NCBI GenBank assembly: GCA_964016885.1
Contig: CAXHJY010000928.1
Coordinates: 372,001 to 436,000 of the forward strand
DNA length: 64,000 nt
Direction of reading: 5' to 3'
Source: Eledone cirrhosa
Lineage: Eukaryota
Part shown: positions 50,297 through 64,000 of the stretch, in pieces
Layout: every line of letters starts with the position of its first letter
Numbering within the stretch: position 1 is the first letter of the stretch
Program-made: the position numbers and the translations under genes
Notes under the pieces: model-generated
What the model was told of the DNA's origin: nothing
Databases searched by the model: none
Seen by the model: the letters and a program-made list of their open reading frames with translations, nothing else

Positions 50297-52738
50297 ATGG
50301 AAAAACAATATTTAGGAACCTCCTTAAAAAACATACCAATACCTTCTAAGGACGACTTCTTACTCCTTATGATTCAGAAAACTAATAATTTTATCAGAAG
50401 GGTTAGATGGAGAGCCTACCACTTCGATAGAAAATCTAAACAAGCAGATCGGAAATATATGTATGATTTCAATACTTACAAGAATCCACCACACAACTTT
50501 TTACTTGAAGACTTCGAGAAAGACCTTTTTAATTTAATTAAACACCTCAAATTTAAAAAGTATAAATCCGTCTTTCAAAAGGACCTTGATTCTACCCTAT
50601 TGGACCTAAAAAAGTCTAAAAAAATCCATGTCCACTCGGACAAAACTGGTAACTTGTATCATATGGATATTGAACATTATAATGAGTTCATATATAAAGA
50701 ACTCAGAAAAAATTATAAAAAATCTAATAATGTGTCACTCACCAACATCAACAACAAAACACACAACATAGTAAAAAAACTAAATATTGAAGATAGAACT
50801 GAACCTTTGGCATTGAAAAGACCACACTTCAACCTGAAAGATCACAAATCTAACTTTAACTCTAATCCTTCTATTAGACTTATATGTCCCTCCAAATCAG
50901 ATATTGGAATAATTAGCAAAAAAATTTTAGATAGAGTCATCCCACAAATAAGAAAATACGTTATTTTACCACTCTGGGAAAACACCTCCCAGGTAATTAA
51001 TTGGTTTAAAAATATTAGGTGTAAATCTTCTGCTTCTTTCCTACAATTTGATATAGATAATTACTATTCTTCTATATCACCCATACTCCTGAACAAAGCA
51101 TTAATATTTGCTAAAAATAGATCTAATTTAACTTCGGATGACATTAACATTATTACACATGCTAGACAAACACTTATTGAATTTCAGAATGAATACTGGA
51201 CCAGAAACACATACAGTAATCTTTTTGATATTACTATGGGTTCAAGCGATTCCGCCCAAATTACTGATCTTGTGGGCCTCTTTCTCCTTTTCAACATAAA
51301 TGCCTCTTTTCCCCACCTCAAAGGTGGTTTATATCGTGATGACTGTCTTCTTCTTTCTAACAACCTTAGCCTTTCAGAAATCGAAAAAAACAAAAAGCAT
51401 ATTAGAACTTTCCTTAAAGACTATTATAATCTTAATATTACTTTTGAAAAAACAAGTAAAGTAGTAAATTTCCTAGATATAACTTTAGATTTAGCTACGG
51501 GTATATACCAACCTTACCATAAACCTAACCAAAACTTACATTACATACACTCACAATCTAATCACCCTAAATCTATCCTTAAAAACCTTGCATATAATAT
51601 ATCACTTAGAATTTCTAACCTTTCTTCTAACCAAGATGTATTTGATAAAAATGCGACCTTTTATAATGAAGCTCTAGATAGAAGTGGCCACAAAAATAGA
51701 TTAGAGTATATACCTTCTACTAAAAATACTGAAAGCATACAGCATAATATTACCAACAAACACCAAATGAAAAGTACACACCTAAATGCCACCCACAATA
51801 TACCCCAAAATACTAAATCTTCTAATATAAAGTATAGTAACCCTCAAAAAACTACTCATCATACAACTATAATAAATATTAATAATAAAACTCCTAATAA
51901 AAAAGATAAAACACCTAAATCTACAAATATAACTAAAAATAGTTGTGGTGAGATCATTAACATTAATCCTCCTAGTAAAAATCATGATACAACATATAAA
52001 AATAATAAAAATAATAAACAACATAGAAACCGTAATAGACGAGTTACTTGGTATAATGCTCCTTTTAATTTACAAGTTAAGGATAATATTGCTAAAAAAA
52101 TTTTTTATATCCTTGAGAAAAACTTCCCGCCAAACCACAAATACCATCAAATCTTAAATAGGTCTACAGTTAAATTCTCATACTCTACAACAAATAACAT
52201 AAAACAAAATATAAGTGCATATAATGCATATAAATGTAAGAAAACCATAAGTATACCACCAGTACATCAAATTAACAATAATATCTCCTCAAATACAGAA
52301 TTAACGAAAGGATGTAACTGTAGAAACAAAACAAACTGCCCATTAAAAGGGAATTGTCTTGTTAACAACATAGTCTATAAATGTAATGTTAAAACTAAAG
52401 ATTCTATTTGCTCATATATAGGAGCTACCTCTAACAATTTTAAGACAAGATATAATACCCACAAACATAGCTTTAAAAATGCCGCACTGGCTAATACAAC
52501 ATCTCTAGCAGAAAAAATCAATAGTTATAAAAATAAAAATATAAAATATGATTTGACCTGGAGTGTGCTCAAAAGAGCCACCCCTTATCAAAATAATAGA
52601 AAGGAATGTAGATTATGTTCCCAAGAACTATTTGAAATAATGAAGTCTAAGGATATCTTATTAAATAAACGACAGGAATTAATTATATCGTGTAATCATA
52701 AACTAAAAAAAACATTTAAATATTATAAACCTAATTAA
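50297..52738 (+). CDS. PLE-2 reverse transcriptase + C-terminal GIY-YIG endonuclease (813 aa from the first ATG)
   Basis: SLKNIPIP, HSDKTG, QFDIDNYYSSI, DITMG, GLYRDD, VNFLDITLD, CNC..CPL..C linker, IVYKC..YIGATS, C.LC..E; no stops. Confidence 0.94.
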   Translation: MEKQYLGTSLKNIPIPSKDDFLLLMIQKTNNFIRRVRWRAYHFDRKSKQADRKYMYDFNTYKNPPHNFLLEDFEKDLFNLIKHLKFKKYKSVFQKDLDSTLLDLKKSKKIHVHSDKTGNLYHMDIEHYNEFIYKELRKNYKKSNNVSLTNINNKTHNIVKKLNIEDRTEPLALKRPHFNLKDHKSNFNSNPSIRLICPSKSDIGIISKKILDRVIPQIRKYVILPLWENTSQVINWFKNIRCKSSASFLQFDIDNYYSSISPILLNKALIFAKNRSNLTSDDINIITHARQTLIEFQNEYWTRNTYSNLFDITMGSSDSAQITDLVGLFLLFNINASFPHLKGGLYRDDCLLLSNNLSLSEIEKNKKHIRTFLKDYYNLNITFEKTSKVVNFLDITLDLATGIYQPYHKPNQNLHYIHSQSNHPKSILKNLAYNISLRISNLSSNQDVFDKNATFYNEALDRSGHKNRLEYIPSTKNTESIQHNITNKHQMKSTHLNATHNIPQNTKSSNIKYSNPQKTTHHTTIININNKTPNKKDKTPKSTNITKNSCGEIININPPSKNHDTTYKNNKNNKQHRNRNRRVTWYNAPFNLQVKDNIAKKIFYILEKNFPPNHKYHQILNRSTVKFSYSTTNNIKQNISAYNAYKCKKTISIPPVHQINNNISSNTELTKGCNCRNKTNCPLKGNCLVNNIVYKCNVKTKDSICSYIGATSNNFKTRYNTHKHSFKNAALANTTSLAEKINSYKNKNIKYDLTWSVLKRATPYQNNRKECRLCSQELFEIMKSKDILLNKRQELIISCNHKLKKTFKYYKPN

Positions 52739-54470
52739 TAACATTATTCTAGAAATTAATTTAATTTAAATGTTAGTTAACCTATAAATTTAATTTAATT
52801 AATATTTTATTACAGATGAGAAAATATTATGTAATCATAAATTTTGAAAAACCTTTAAATATTACTAATATATACTCAGTAATTTAATTTATAGATTAAT
52901 TTTAATTTATTTTAATTTATTTAAACCTTTTTATTATAATTCTTTTACAGATAAAATATAACAAAATAATATCATGTATCCAATGACGGAGAAAGAATTT
53001 TTAGTATTATAGACCTAATTAATATACATTTTGGAAATATATTTATTATTTGGTTTTAGTTTTAATCAACCTAAAACTTTAATTTTAATTTGCTTAAAAT
53101 TAGTATCCTTGTACAGACGAATTGCAGAATGTCATGTAATCATAGAATGGGATGTGTTTTGGATATATACCTAGTTAATATATTCTGTGCAATTTTTTGA
53201 AAAAGATATGTATATGTATATGTATATGTATATGTGTGTGTTGTGTATGTGTATCTGTATGTATATTTATGTGTGTATATATGTATATGTGTGTATATAT
53301 ATGTATATATATATATATATATGTGTGTATATGTATGTATATGTGTATGTGTATGTATATGTATATGTATGCGTATTAATTTTGATTTTTATTTGCATAT
53401 AATTATATTATGCTATTGATGAAATACAATATCTGCTTTATGTATTGTATACCTAATTAACATATACTAATTAACGTATACTATTGAAATAAATATATAA
53501 TTTTTAATTTAGTTAACATATAATTTATATGCTACTACCGATGTAATACTTTATTTTATTTTTATTTGGGTTTCTTTTCCCTATTACTAAATTCATCTCC
53601 TAATATTGATACCATAACGTTATTAACTTTAATTTAGTTATAATGTAATTAATAATCTACTACTGTTTGACTTCATAATTCTGCTTCAAATATTATAAAC
53701 CTAACTAATTTACACCTTAGAAATCAATACTATCTTTGGTTTAGTTAACATATGATTAATGGTATACTTATTTATTTTGAGATGCATAGATTTCGTATTT
53801 CTTAGCACTGAAAATATGTAAGAACATACATTGAATTAAGATACGGAAAATATTATATGTTTCTTGAAACATATATTTACTTTGATCCCCTTCTCCAAAC
53901 CCCCCCTTTCCCCCATACTATTATCATCTGTATTTGTAAGCGTATATGTATGAATGTATATGTAGGTAGGTGTCTATATAGGTTTTGGTATTTATTTCTA
54001 AATATAAAAATACATATATGAGCATGTAAATATGAATGTAAGATTGAGTGTGTATATATGATTGTACATACATATGTATGTATATATATGTATATATATG
54101 TATATTATATATGTATGTGTATGTGAATGTGTGGTATATATATGTGTATGTATATGTATATATGTGTATGTATGTGTATGCTTGTATACAGGAATATATA
54201 TATGTGTATATATGTATGTATATGTATAAGCGTGTATGTATGTATGTGTATATGTGTTGTGTATATATTTGTATGTCTCTCTATTTATATGTTTATCTTC
54301 GTATCTATGTGATATATGTGTGTGTGTGTGCACGTATGCATATGTATGTGTTTGTGTGTGTTTGTATGTGTGTGTGTATATATGTGTATGTGCGCACACT
54401 CACATACACACATATATATATATATATATATGTGAGTGTGTATGTGTGTCTGTGTGTGTGTGTGTGTGTG

Positions 54471-54522
<52 letters not shown>

Positions 54523-54523
54523 G

Positions 54524-54554
<31 letters not shown>

Positions 54555-54644
54555 GGTGTCTATGTGTGAATATATGTCTTTATTCGTATGTGTGTATTTA
54601 TATATGTATATATTTATGTGTATGTATGTATGTGTATGTATGTA

Positions 54645-54705
<61 letters not shown>

Positions 54706-54991
54706 TATTCTTTATTATTATTGTAATATAACTTATGTGTATATGTGTATAAGTGAGGTTGTGTATGTATATATACTATGTGTATATATAAGAGTAATGA
54801 AAAATATATATATATATATGTATATGTGCATGTCTGTTTTTTATGTGTGTGTATATATATATATGTATGTGTATATGTGTATATATATATATGTGTACGT
54901 GTGTGTATGTGGATATATATATATATATATATATACATGTGGGTGTTTGTATGTGTATTTATGGTGGTATGAGTGTGTGGATATATATGTT

Positions 54992-55022
<31 letters not shown>

Positions 55023-55029
55023 GAGTCTA

Positions 55030-55090
<61 letters not shown>

Positions 55091-55427
55091 ATGTATATAT
55101 GTGTGTGTATGTATATATATGTGTGTGTATGTATGTGTGTATATATATATATCTCTATTAATGCGTGTGTGTATGTATATACATATGCGTTTTTTTATTA
55201 TTATTTTCATTTGTATGTCTGAGTTTGGTGAGGTGGTATTGTTTTTTATGTGTATACACATATATGGAAGCGTATGTATTTATTTATATGAGTATAAGTA
55301 GGTGCATATGTATGTATGATTATATATCTAATTCTATGTATGAAGGTACATCTATGTATATATATATATATATATATGCGTGTGTATGTAAGTTGTGTGT
55401 GTATGTATCTTTATGTCTATGTGAGTG

Positions 55428-55478
<51 letters not shown>

Positions 55479-55567
55479 CGATGTGCGTATATGTATGTAC
55501 ATGTATATACATGTATGTGTGTATGTATGTGTATGTATATTTAGATGTATGGGTATGTATGTGTATA

Positions 55568-55630
<63 letters not shown>

Positions 55631-56454
55631 ATATATATATATATATGGATATATATCTTTATTATCTATTTTTTATATATATGTGTATGTGTGTATGTGT
55701 TGCGCGTGTGTGTGTGTGTGTATATATATCTTTTTATATGTGTATGTGTATGTTCGTGTAAGTGTATGTGTGTGTATGACTGTATACGTATGTGTGTATG
55801 TGTGTATGCGTAAATATCTCTATGTGCGCTTACATGTATGTATGTGTATGTATATCTGTATGTGTATGTACATTATATTATATTTATTATATTTTATTGT
55901 TTTTATTTTTTTATTTTTCTTAATTTATAGATACATTTATATTAGGCAGTCTGCTCTGACAATCTAATACTGACCCCTCCCCCCCCTCCCACCTAATTTC
56001 TGTATCTTGATCTTGAAATGTGTGTGCCAGTGTTTTATGTGAGTGACTTAATTTCTATTTGCTTATGATTTTATATCCACATATATAAATGTGAGTGGGG
56101 GAGTGTGTGTGTTTGTATGTTCGTGGTTATGTGTATATTTATGCATATACGCGCATGTATGTGTGATTATACTGATATGTGTGAGTATGAAAAAAATATA
56201 TTTATATGCTTGACTCCATAAGTATCATTGCGCATCTTATCAGCGCATTAAGCTTACAGAGATTTTAACCTTGAAATTTTGTGTTTGCATCCATCTTTTT
56301 AGTATGCACATACAAATTATACACACATTATTGTAAAATATGTGTAAGGATTTTACATGTATATACACACACCAAACTGCTTTTAACCCTTTGTGTTTTC
56401 ATTGGTCAATTTTGAACTGATATTTTGAATTGTTGTTATTATCAATAAATATAC

Positions 56455-56609
56455 TTCATTATTTCTGAAGACGGCGTATATATGTGTTAGGTATGTATAT
56501 TTAATCTTGATAATTTGTATAATTTTGTATAATTTTGTACATAGATCTGTTGAATATGCATACCAATTATAACACATATATACCCTAGAAACGATCGTTA
56601 AATAGTGAA
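56455..56609 (+). ncRNA. Long-stem-II hammerhead, 3' pLTR copy
   Basis: Direct copy of 49799-49953, 6656 nt downstream. Confidence 0.78.
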
Positions 56610-56741
56610 CTTTTTTTGTTTAATATAAGGAATTGTTTGTTCATTATTTGTTTAATATTTTATATATATATATATATATGTATGTATGCATATATATATA
56701 TATATATATGTATGTATATATATATATATATGTATATATAT

Positions 56742-58716
56742 TTAAGATTAAAAGATGGTTAAATGAGTTCCATGTATTTTATTATGCGCATTTCAAAAAC
56801 AAATATCATCATGCAATAACATTTGTGTTTTTATCAGATAAAACAGGAAGACATGATATGAAGTTTAAAAACACTTGTGGATAGTGCAGTTTTAAATCAA
56901 CATATGAAAAGTAGTTTTAGATTGATGTGTGATATTGGGGAAACAAATTTTTTGAGGGGCGGGGGAGGTTGGAAAGGATGAAAAAGAAGAGGAGATGAGA
57001 GTAAAAAGTGGAGGAGGAGGAGTATAATGAGGAAGGATGAGATAGGAGGAGGGATGGCTGATAGAGAGAGAGAGAGATAGCTTTTATAACTGAGAAAAAT
57101 ATATTGTTTTACATAGAGAGGTTGAAAAACCATTGGAAGATAATGTATAAATTAAAAGAATTTGAAAATTAACGAAGAGAAAAATAATGTAAAGTTAAGG
57201 TTTGTATATTGAAGGGTTTAATAATATGTGCGATGGAAAGAAAATGTTAATATGTATTAAGAATAATTTTAAGGGTTTAATAATATGTGCGATTGAAAGA
57301 AAATGTTGATCTGTATTATTAAAAAAACAAAAGTAATGTAAGTAAGGATATATTGTGAGATGAGCATGGATAAGTTAGATGAAAGTGAGAAAAAAATAAT
57401 GAATAGAGGATGAATAATCTAACGTCAAAAAAAATGTTTATGTTTACGAAGGATTTTTTCAAGGTGATATAAAGTAAGAATATATTGTATTGTGTAATAA
57501 TTGTTTCTATGTTAGGCACAGTGAGAAAAGGTACAGATTAGGGGTTAGAAGTTAAAAGAAAAGAAAAGGAAGAAAGGGAAGTGATGAATAGGAATGATAT
57601 AGAATATGATAAATAACTTTGAAATAAGGTAGAAAGATGGGTATATTTTTAAAGAAGTATATATATATATATATATATGTCCCTTTGAGAAAAGGATTTT
57701 GAATTGATAAAGTTTAGGATATTAGCTGTATACTTTATGGAAAGTTCTGTGGAATGTATGCAAGCACATAGAAAACAAGTCAGTGCTTCTATTATAGAAT
57801 CTAAATTAGATATAATGGTAAATTTTTCATACAGACAGAGATTGCAAGTCTTGGATAGAGAACTGTTCAAGTATAAAGAAGCAGAGGAAACCTTTTCCCA
57901 ATAGATGTTATATTTAATATTTTTGTCTTTCAAGGACCATATGAGTTCTGAGAGAGCCGTGTTGGTTCTTTTAAGTTTATATTTAAAAGACGAATGATGA
58001 TTATAAAGACGAGCTTTAAAGGAGGTGGAAGTGGAGCCAAAATAGGTGAAGGAATTGGTGTCAGTTATAACTTTACATTCGTAAATTATGTTTTTATCAA
58101 GACAATGGTTGTTGAGAGGACATTTATTTTTAGCAGGGCAATTGCAATTGCGATTAGAGAGATTATTAACGAGTGACCTAGTGTTATCTATAGAAGGAAT
58201 TGGATTGGAGAAGTTATTTGCGATAGGAATAATAGTTTCTTGATTTAGAATGGGATTAAGAACATTTAGCGAAGTTGTGTTTGACGTTGTATTTGGGTTT
58301 GCAGAAATTAGCCTAGGGTTTACAATGACGTCGGGAGTACTATTACTATTATTATGATATTCAGTGTTGGAAGGAAGAGATTTAGTATTTAGTATTTTAT
58401 TGTTGTGTTTAGAGATAATGTTGGAAATGTTGGAGGATGTCGAATAGGAAAATATTATAGTGTGTTTGTTAAATATTTTACTATAGATATGTGAGGGAGG
58501 TAAGCATTTATTTAAGGCACTAAAGAATAATTTAGGAATATTATTATTAATAGAGATGGAGAAAGGAGCATTATACCAGATTATGTTTTTGTATCTAGGT
58601 CTTTTATTAAAGTTATTGGAATGATCATGATTAATTATTCTACTGTAAGATTTTCTAGAATTTGTTTCTTTATTATATTTGATTTTATCAGGATAGCCGG
58701 CTTTGGAAAGCGCGTT
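56742..58716 (-). mobile_element. Second PLE-1 copy, 5'-truncated (GIY-YIG end plus pLTR)
   Basis: ORF 57649-58818 from NALSKAGY onward matches 12054-13045; the pLTR matches ~10980-12000. Confidence 0.92.
56775..56845 (-). ncRNA. Mutated PLE-1 hammerhead (CTGATAA core)
   Basis: Same fold as 11011-11081 with G8 changed to A. Confidence 0.68.
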
Positions 58717-58876
58717 TGTATGGTGAAAATGTGTGCGTAAATATATATATGAGGGCAAGTATATTTGTGCATATGTAACCACAAATACGGATATAATATA
58801 AGTTGAAAATAAATTCATAATCTAGTTGACATGTATACATAAACAGGGTGTTAGATACATATCATCATCATCATTA

Positions 58877-61863
58877 TCTATAAAAGGGACATTTTTGTGT
58901 CTGTATGTATGTTTCAATTTTATACATTTACACAATTCCAAAAATATTGAATGAATAATTAAGCAGAATGTTTACAAATATTCTAACTTGCGTCATGGGC
59001 GAACTTATTGGTTAAAAAAAGACCACAATTACGGAAAAATCGATTTATTTCAACAATCGATGATTTCTCCTCTCTCATATGATATACGTTTCCTATATCT
59101 ACTCCCTTCATCACCTCCCCTTAAAATTGCTACCGTCTCTTATAAGTGTTTGTGAAAATGAGAAACATTGAAAAAAAACATATACACACATATATGTGGG
59201 TGCATACACACATATATATGTTGGTATGGTTACGATTGACGTCATAGAAACCGGAACGCGGGAATTTCAATCAATCAACGCATACACAGTTTGTTTTAGA
59301 AATAACAAGAGCATATAATGATAAAGAGAGAGAGAGAAACAAACAGACACACTAAAAGACGGATATATGTGTGTGTGTTTGAATTAGCGCTTTCAAACTC
59401 CATTTCGAAGCTGACTTTCATTTGCTAAACTGTAAGTTTTTCAATGGCCTTACACTTTCAAACTATATTTTTCTGTATAAGTAACTTTAACCCTTTATTT
59501 TCGACATAAAAATACACACATACATACAAATACCTGTACATTTTTTGGGGGGGCCTTTCTTATCAATCTTTTTATCAGCCTTATACTTTCAAAGTCAATT
59601 TTTATGTTGAAGTAACTTTCACCCTTTATTTTTCGATACCTATTAACTTACTAACATTTGTATCACAACAACAATAACAATATTCATAAACAAACAGTAG
59701 ACTTTCAAAGTCAATTTTTCTGTAGAAGTAACTTTCACCCTTTCTTTTGGACATAAAATGACACCTAAACAGAGAAGTCGCCTCAGTCGACATACCGCGT
59801 CAGCAGTGGCGCAAAAGGCTACTATAGCAAACGAGTCCTCTGAGGAAAATGCTTCAAGACTTTCACAGACAGCCTTACGTTCATCAGAATGTCGAGCCGC
59901 TGAAAGTTTCCAACAGCGCACCGCACGCCTAGCCAAATTGGCTTCATACCAGGCTTCTTCCAGGGCTTCAGAGAGCCGTGAACAAAGGTCGAAGCGCCTG
60001 GCTAGAAACGATGCAACTAATGTTGCTTCCAGGTCTTTGGAACGTTTAAAACAACGCACGGCTTGCCTTCCTACGAACGCTGCGGCTATGACTACTTCCA
60101 TGGCTTCTGAAGATGCAGACGGGCGGTCCATTAGCATTGCAAATGTTGCTTCTGCTATTGGTGCCAGACCTTCCCACCAACCACACGACTAATGTTCTAC
60201 GTTCAAGCGTAACAGTCGACGGCGAGAAGCTGCACGCGGTGTGACGAGCCCCAACAGCCCTTACTGGCACCTACGGGCCTTCAAGTATGAGCAAAACGTT
60301 AATTACTCGATGCGCTCTGACATAAATATAGGCGAGATGCGCTTCAATTGCCAATTCTGCAATGCTACAAAGTGGGCTGGGGAGCCACCTGCAATGTGCT
60401 GCTTAAACGGTAACGTCACCTTGCCCCCTCTTCCGGAACCCCCAGAGCCTTTGAAGGAACTACTGACTGGTTATACCTCAAGGTAAAAAAAAAACAACCC
60501 TGATCCCCCAATAAAAAACGCTCCTGGGGGTACCGGAAAAACTTTTGTAACGAATTTGATTCTCGCTAAGATTCGTCAGGAGAAAAAAGTTGCGTTGTCC
60601 GTTGCATCATCCGGGATCGCTGCTACTTTGCTGCCGGGAGGCAGGACAGCACATTCAACCTTTAAACTCCCCTTGGATTTAGTAGAGCTGATGAAGTGCG
60701 TGCCTGTCTTAAGTCGTCCATGTTGTGGCTCCAGGTGAATAGTTTGTACCTGAGCACAAATATGCGTGCTCATTTGCATGGTGACAACATGTCTGTCGCA
60801 CAGAACATTTTAGCACTTGGTGAGGGCAAGATCCCTGTGGATGACAAGGGCGGCATAGCAATCAACACCCTGTGCAACATTGTGAGCAGCCCTTCTGACC
60901 TTTGGGAAGCAGTTTTTCCTAATGTCTCATCTAACTTTAAAAACCTCGATTGGCTCAGCGAAAGAGCCATCCTTGCTCCGAAAAATACCATAGTTAATTT
61001 TATTAACGAGCAGCTGATTGAGAAGATTCCCGGTAAAGAGCACATCTTCAAATCAGACCCCGACGATATCGTTAATTATCCGGTTGAGTTATTAAATCTC
61101 CTTGAGCCCCCAGGGCTCCCACCTCACATTATTAAGCTTAGGGTTGGCTGTCCCATTATGCTAACAAGGAACTTGCGTCCACCAAAGCAGTGCAACGGTA
61201 CTTGCATGGTCGTCAAGTCACTGACACTCACTTGATTGAGGCCACCATTGTAACGGGGTGTGGAAGAGGTGAGAATGTTTTCATTCCAAGGATGAACCTT
61301 TTCCCCTCAGCGTCAGATATCTCGTTCGATTTCCGACGATCCCAATTCCCGGTGAGACCATGTTTTGCCATGTCCATTAACAAGTCACAAGGGCAAACAT
61401 TGTCGGTGGCGGGCATCCATTTGAGGGAGCCATGTTTCTCCCATGGCCAACTTTATGTTGCCTGTTCCCGCGCAGGGAGCAGGTATGGACTTTTTGCTTA
61501 CTCTCCTCCAGGGATGACACGCAATATCGTCTACAAAGAGGTGCTATAGATGTTGGTGCAGGTGTTGAAGCTATGCCGTCTGGAACACTATTTCCTGGTA
61601 GGGTATACCATGGCGGACAGATCTGACACCTAGCGGCATCAGGGCCACCATCTTGCAACTTTGGTCTACTAAATTCGCTATTGGAAGATTATTAACCCAT
61701 CATTGATTGACCAAAATGCTAATTGGTTCGTAACTTTTAATAGCCGGTTCAACTGCTTTATGCACTTAATTGATAAGCTTATTCGCTTTCAAACCACATT
61801 TACCTGTATGTAACTTTTCATAGCAAATGAACAAACCCGAGCAACGCCGGGCTAAACTGCTAG
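58877..61863 (+). mobile_element. Helitron, internally deleted (non-autonomous)
   Basis: 5' TC; 3' hairpin CCCG-AGCAACGC-CGGG then CTAG|T; Rep-helicase remnants inside. Confidence 0.9.
59758..61549 (+). pseudogene. Helitron RepHel remnants: N-terminal Zn finger joined to a PIF1-family helicase
   Basis: CQFC.A.KW..E....CC..G; APGGTGKT (~60519); VASSGIAATLLPGGRTAHS; AILAPKN; QFPVRPCFAMSINKSQGQT; HGQLYVACSR; frameshifts and stops; no HUH Rep core. Confidence 0.92.
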
Positions 61864-61866
61864 TTA

Positions 61867-62671
61867 TCTATAAAAGGCAGATTTTTGTGTCTGTATGTAT
61901 GTTTCAATTTTATATATTTACACAATTCCAAAAATATTGAATGAATAATTAAGCAGAATGTTTACAAATATTCTAACTTGAGTCATGGGCGAACTTATTG
62001 GTTAAAAATGCCACAATTACGGAAAAATCGATTTATTTCAACAATCAATTATTTCTCCTCTCTCATATGATATACGTTTCCTATATCTACTCCCTTCATC
62101 ACCTCCCCTTAAAATTGCTACCGTCTCTTATAAGTGTTTGTGAAAAAGAGAAACATTGAAAAAAAACATATACACACATATATGTGGGTGCATACACACA
62201 CATATATGTTGGTATGGTTACGATTGACGTAATAGAAACAGGAACGCGGGAATTTCAATCAATCAGCGCATACACAGTTTGTTTTAGAAATAACAATAGC
62301 ATATCATTATCTATAATATTATGATAAAGAGGGAGAGAGAAACAAACAGACACACTAAAAGACGGATATATGTGTGTGTGTTTGTATTAGCGCGTTCAAA
62401 CTCCATTTCGAAGCTGACTTTTATTTACTAAACTGTAAGTTTTTCAATCGGCCTTACACTTTCAAACTATATTTTTCTGTATAAGTAACTTTAACCCTTT
62501 ATTTTCGACATAAAAATACACACATACATACAAATACCTGTAAAGTTTTTTTTGGGGCCTTTCTCATCAATCTTTTTACATTCAATTATCAGCCTTATAC
62601 TTTCAATGTCAATTTTTATGTCGAAGTAACTTTCAACCTTTAATACATACATACATACATACATACATACA

Positions 62672-62703
<32 letters not shown>

Positions 62704-63900
62704 CACACATATACACACATACATACATATACACACATACATACAAATACCTGTCACTTAATTTACACACACATCGGCCTTACACTTTCATACACACATA
62801 CATACAAATACGTGTCACTTAATTTACACACACATCGGCCTTACACTTTCAAACTAAATTTTTCTGTATAAGTAACTTTAACTCTTTCTTTTCGACATAA
62901 AAATACACACATACATACAAAGACCTGTACATTTTTTGGGGGGGCCTTTCTTATCAATCTTTTTACATTCAATTATCAGCCTTATACTTTCAAAGTCAAT
63001 TTTTATGTTGAAGTAACTTTCACCCTTTATTTTTCGATACCTATTAACTTACTAACATTTGTATCGCAACAACAATAACAATATTCATAAACAGACAGTA
63101 GACTTTCAAAGTCATTTTTTCTGTAGAAGTAACTTTCACCCTTTCTTTTGGACATAAAATGCCACCTAAACAGAGAAGTCGCCTCAGTCGACATACCGCG
63201 TCAGCAGTGGCGCAAAAGGCTACTATAGCAAACGAGTCCTCTGAGGAAAATGCTTCAAGACTTTCACAGACAGCCTTACGTTCATCAGAATGTCGAGCCG
63301 CTGAAAGTTTCCAACAGCGTACCACACGCCTAGCCAAAATGGCTTCATACCAGGCTTCTTCCAGGGCTTCAGAGAGCCGTGAACAAAGGTCGAAGCACCT
63401 GGCTAGAAACGATGCGACTAATGTTGCTTCCAGGTCTTTGGAACGTTTAAAATAACGGACGGCTTGCCTTCCTACGAACGCTGCGGCTATGACTACTTCC
63501 ATGGCTTCTGAAGATGCAGACGGGCGGTCCATTAGCATTGCAAATGTTGCTTCTGCTATTGGTGCCAGACCTTCCCACCAACCACACGACTAATGTTCTA
63601 CGTTCAAGCGTAACAGTCGTCGGCGAGAAGATGCACGCGGTGTGACGAGCCCCAACAGCCCTTACTGGCACCTACGGGCTTTCAAGTATGAGCAAAACGT
63701 TAATTACTCGATGCGCTCTGACATAAATATAGGCGAGATGCGCTTCAATTGCCAATTCTGCAATGCTACAAAGTGGGCTGGGGAGCCACCTGCAATGTGC
63801 TGCTTAAACGGTAAGGTCACCTTGCCCCCTCTTACCGAACCGCCAGAGCCTTTGAAGGAACTACTGACTGGTTATACTTCAAGGTCAAAAAAAAAAAAAT
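61867..63900 (+). mobile_element. Second Helitron copy, head-to-tail with the first
   Basis: Repeats 58877-60490 with ~410 bp of extra internal minisatellite; diverges after the A-run at ~63900. Confidence 0.9.
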
Positions 63901-64000
63901 CAGAGTTTTGAACTCATTATTAATAGTATCACTGCTCCTTATGTAGAGCTAACTTTAGCCCCATATAAACGGCTGTTATTTCTGGCAGCTAGACACTGGA

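Larger units (their letters stand above)
46598..56660 (+). mobile_element. Complete Penelope-like element family 2: inverted pLTR + pLTR + ORF + long 3' UTR + pLTR
   Basis: Inverted arm 46598-48500; direct pLTRs ~48499-50005 and ~55151-56660; intact ORF between them; TA flanks. Confidence 0.93.

Noticed and set aside
60696-61549. Host PIF1 helicase gene
   Set aside because: Frameshifted, intronless and enclosed by Helitron termini.

Overview
AT-rich eukaryotic (animal) repeat region with no recognisable host gene. It is probably from a cephalopod or other mollusc: this is an inference from the SINE types and the extreme (TA)n/(TATG)n load. The window is a nest of transposons, mostly inserted into TA microsatellites. 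It holds three families of RTE-clade LINEs (one intact 1039-aa APE-RT ORF with a tandem-repeat upstream region), an intact CR1-group LINE (ORF1 with two CCCH fingers, 1006-aa ORF2), and several Penelope-like elements (PLEs; RT plus C-terminal GIY-YIG, one intact 813-aa ORF with direct and inverted pseudo-LTRs). It also holds a truncated Gypsy-type LTR element with a tRNA-Trp PBS, two tRNA-derived SINEs and two head-to-tail Helitron copies, the first internally deleted. The main signal missed by the ORF track is a dense set of type-I hammerhead ribozyme motifs, folded by eye: 12 copies in five clear families, two of them core-mutated, plus four weaker candidates. They lie in PLE pseudo-LTRs and short non-coding islands. 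They include a form whose stem II is a ~116-nt hairpin, a covarying pair, and a possible U3-A8 core variant. Hammerheads in PLEs are established; these particular architectures need testing. Most short I/Y/M/C/V-rich ORFs are microsatellite artefacts.
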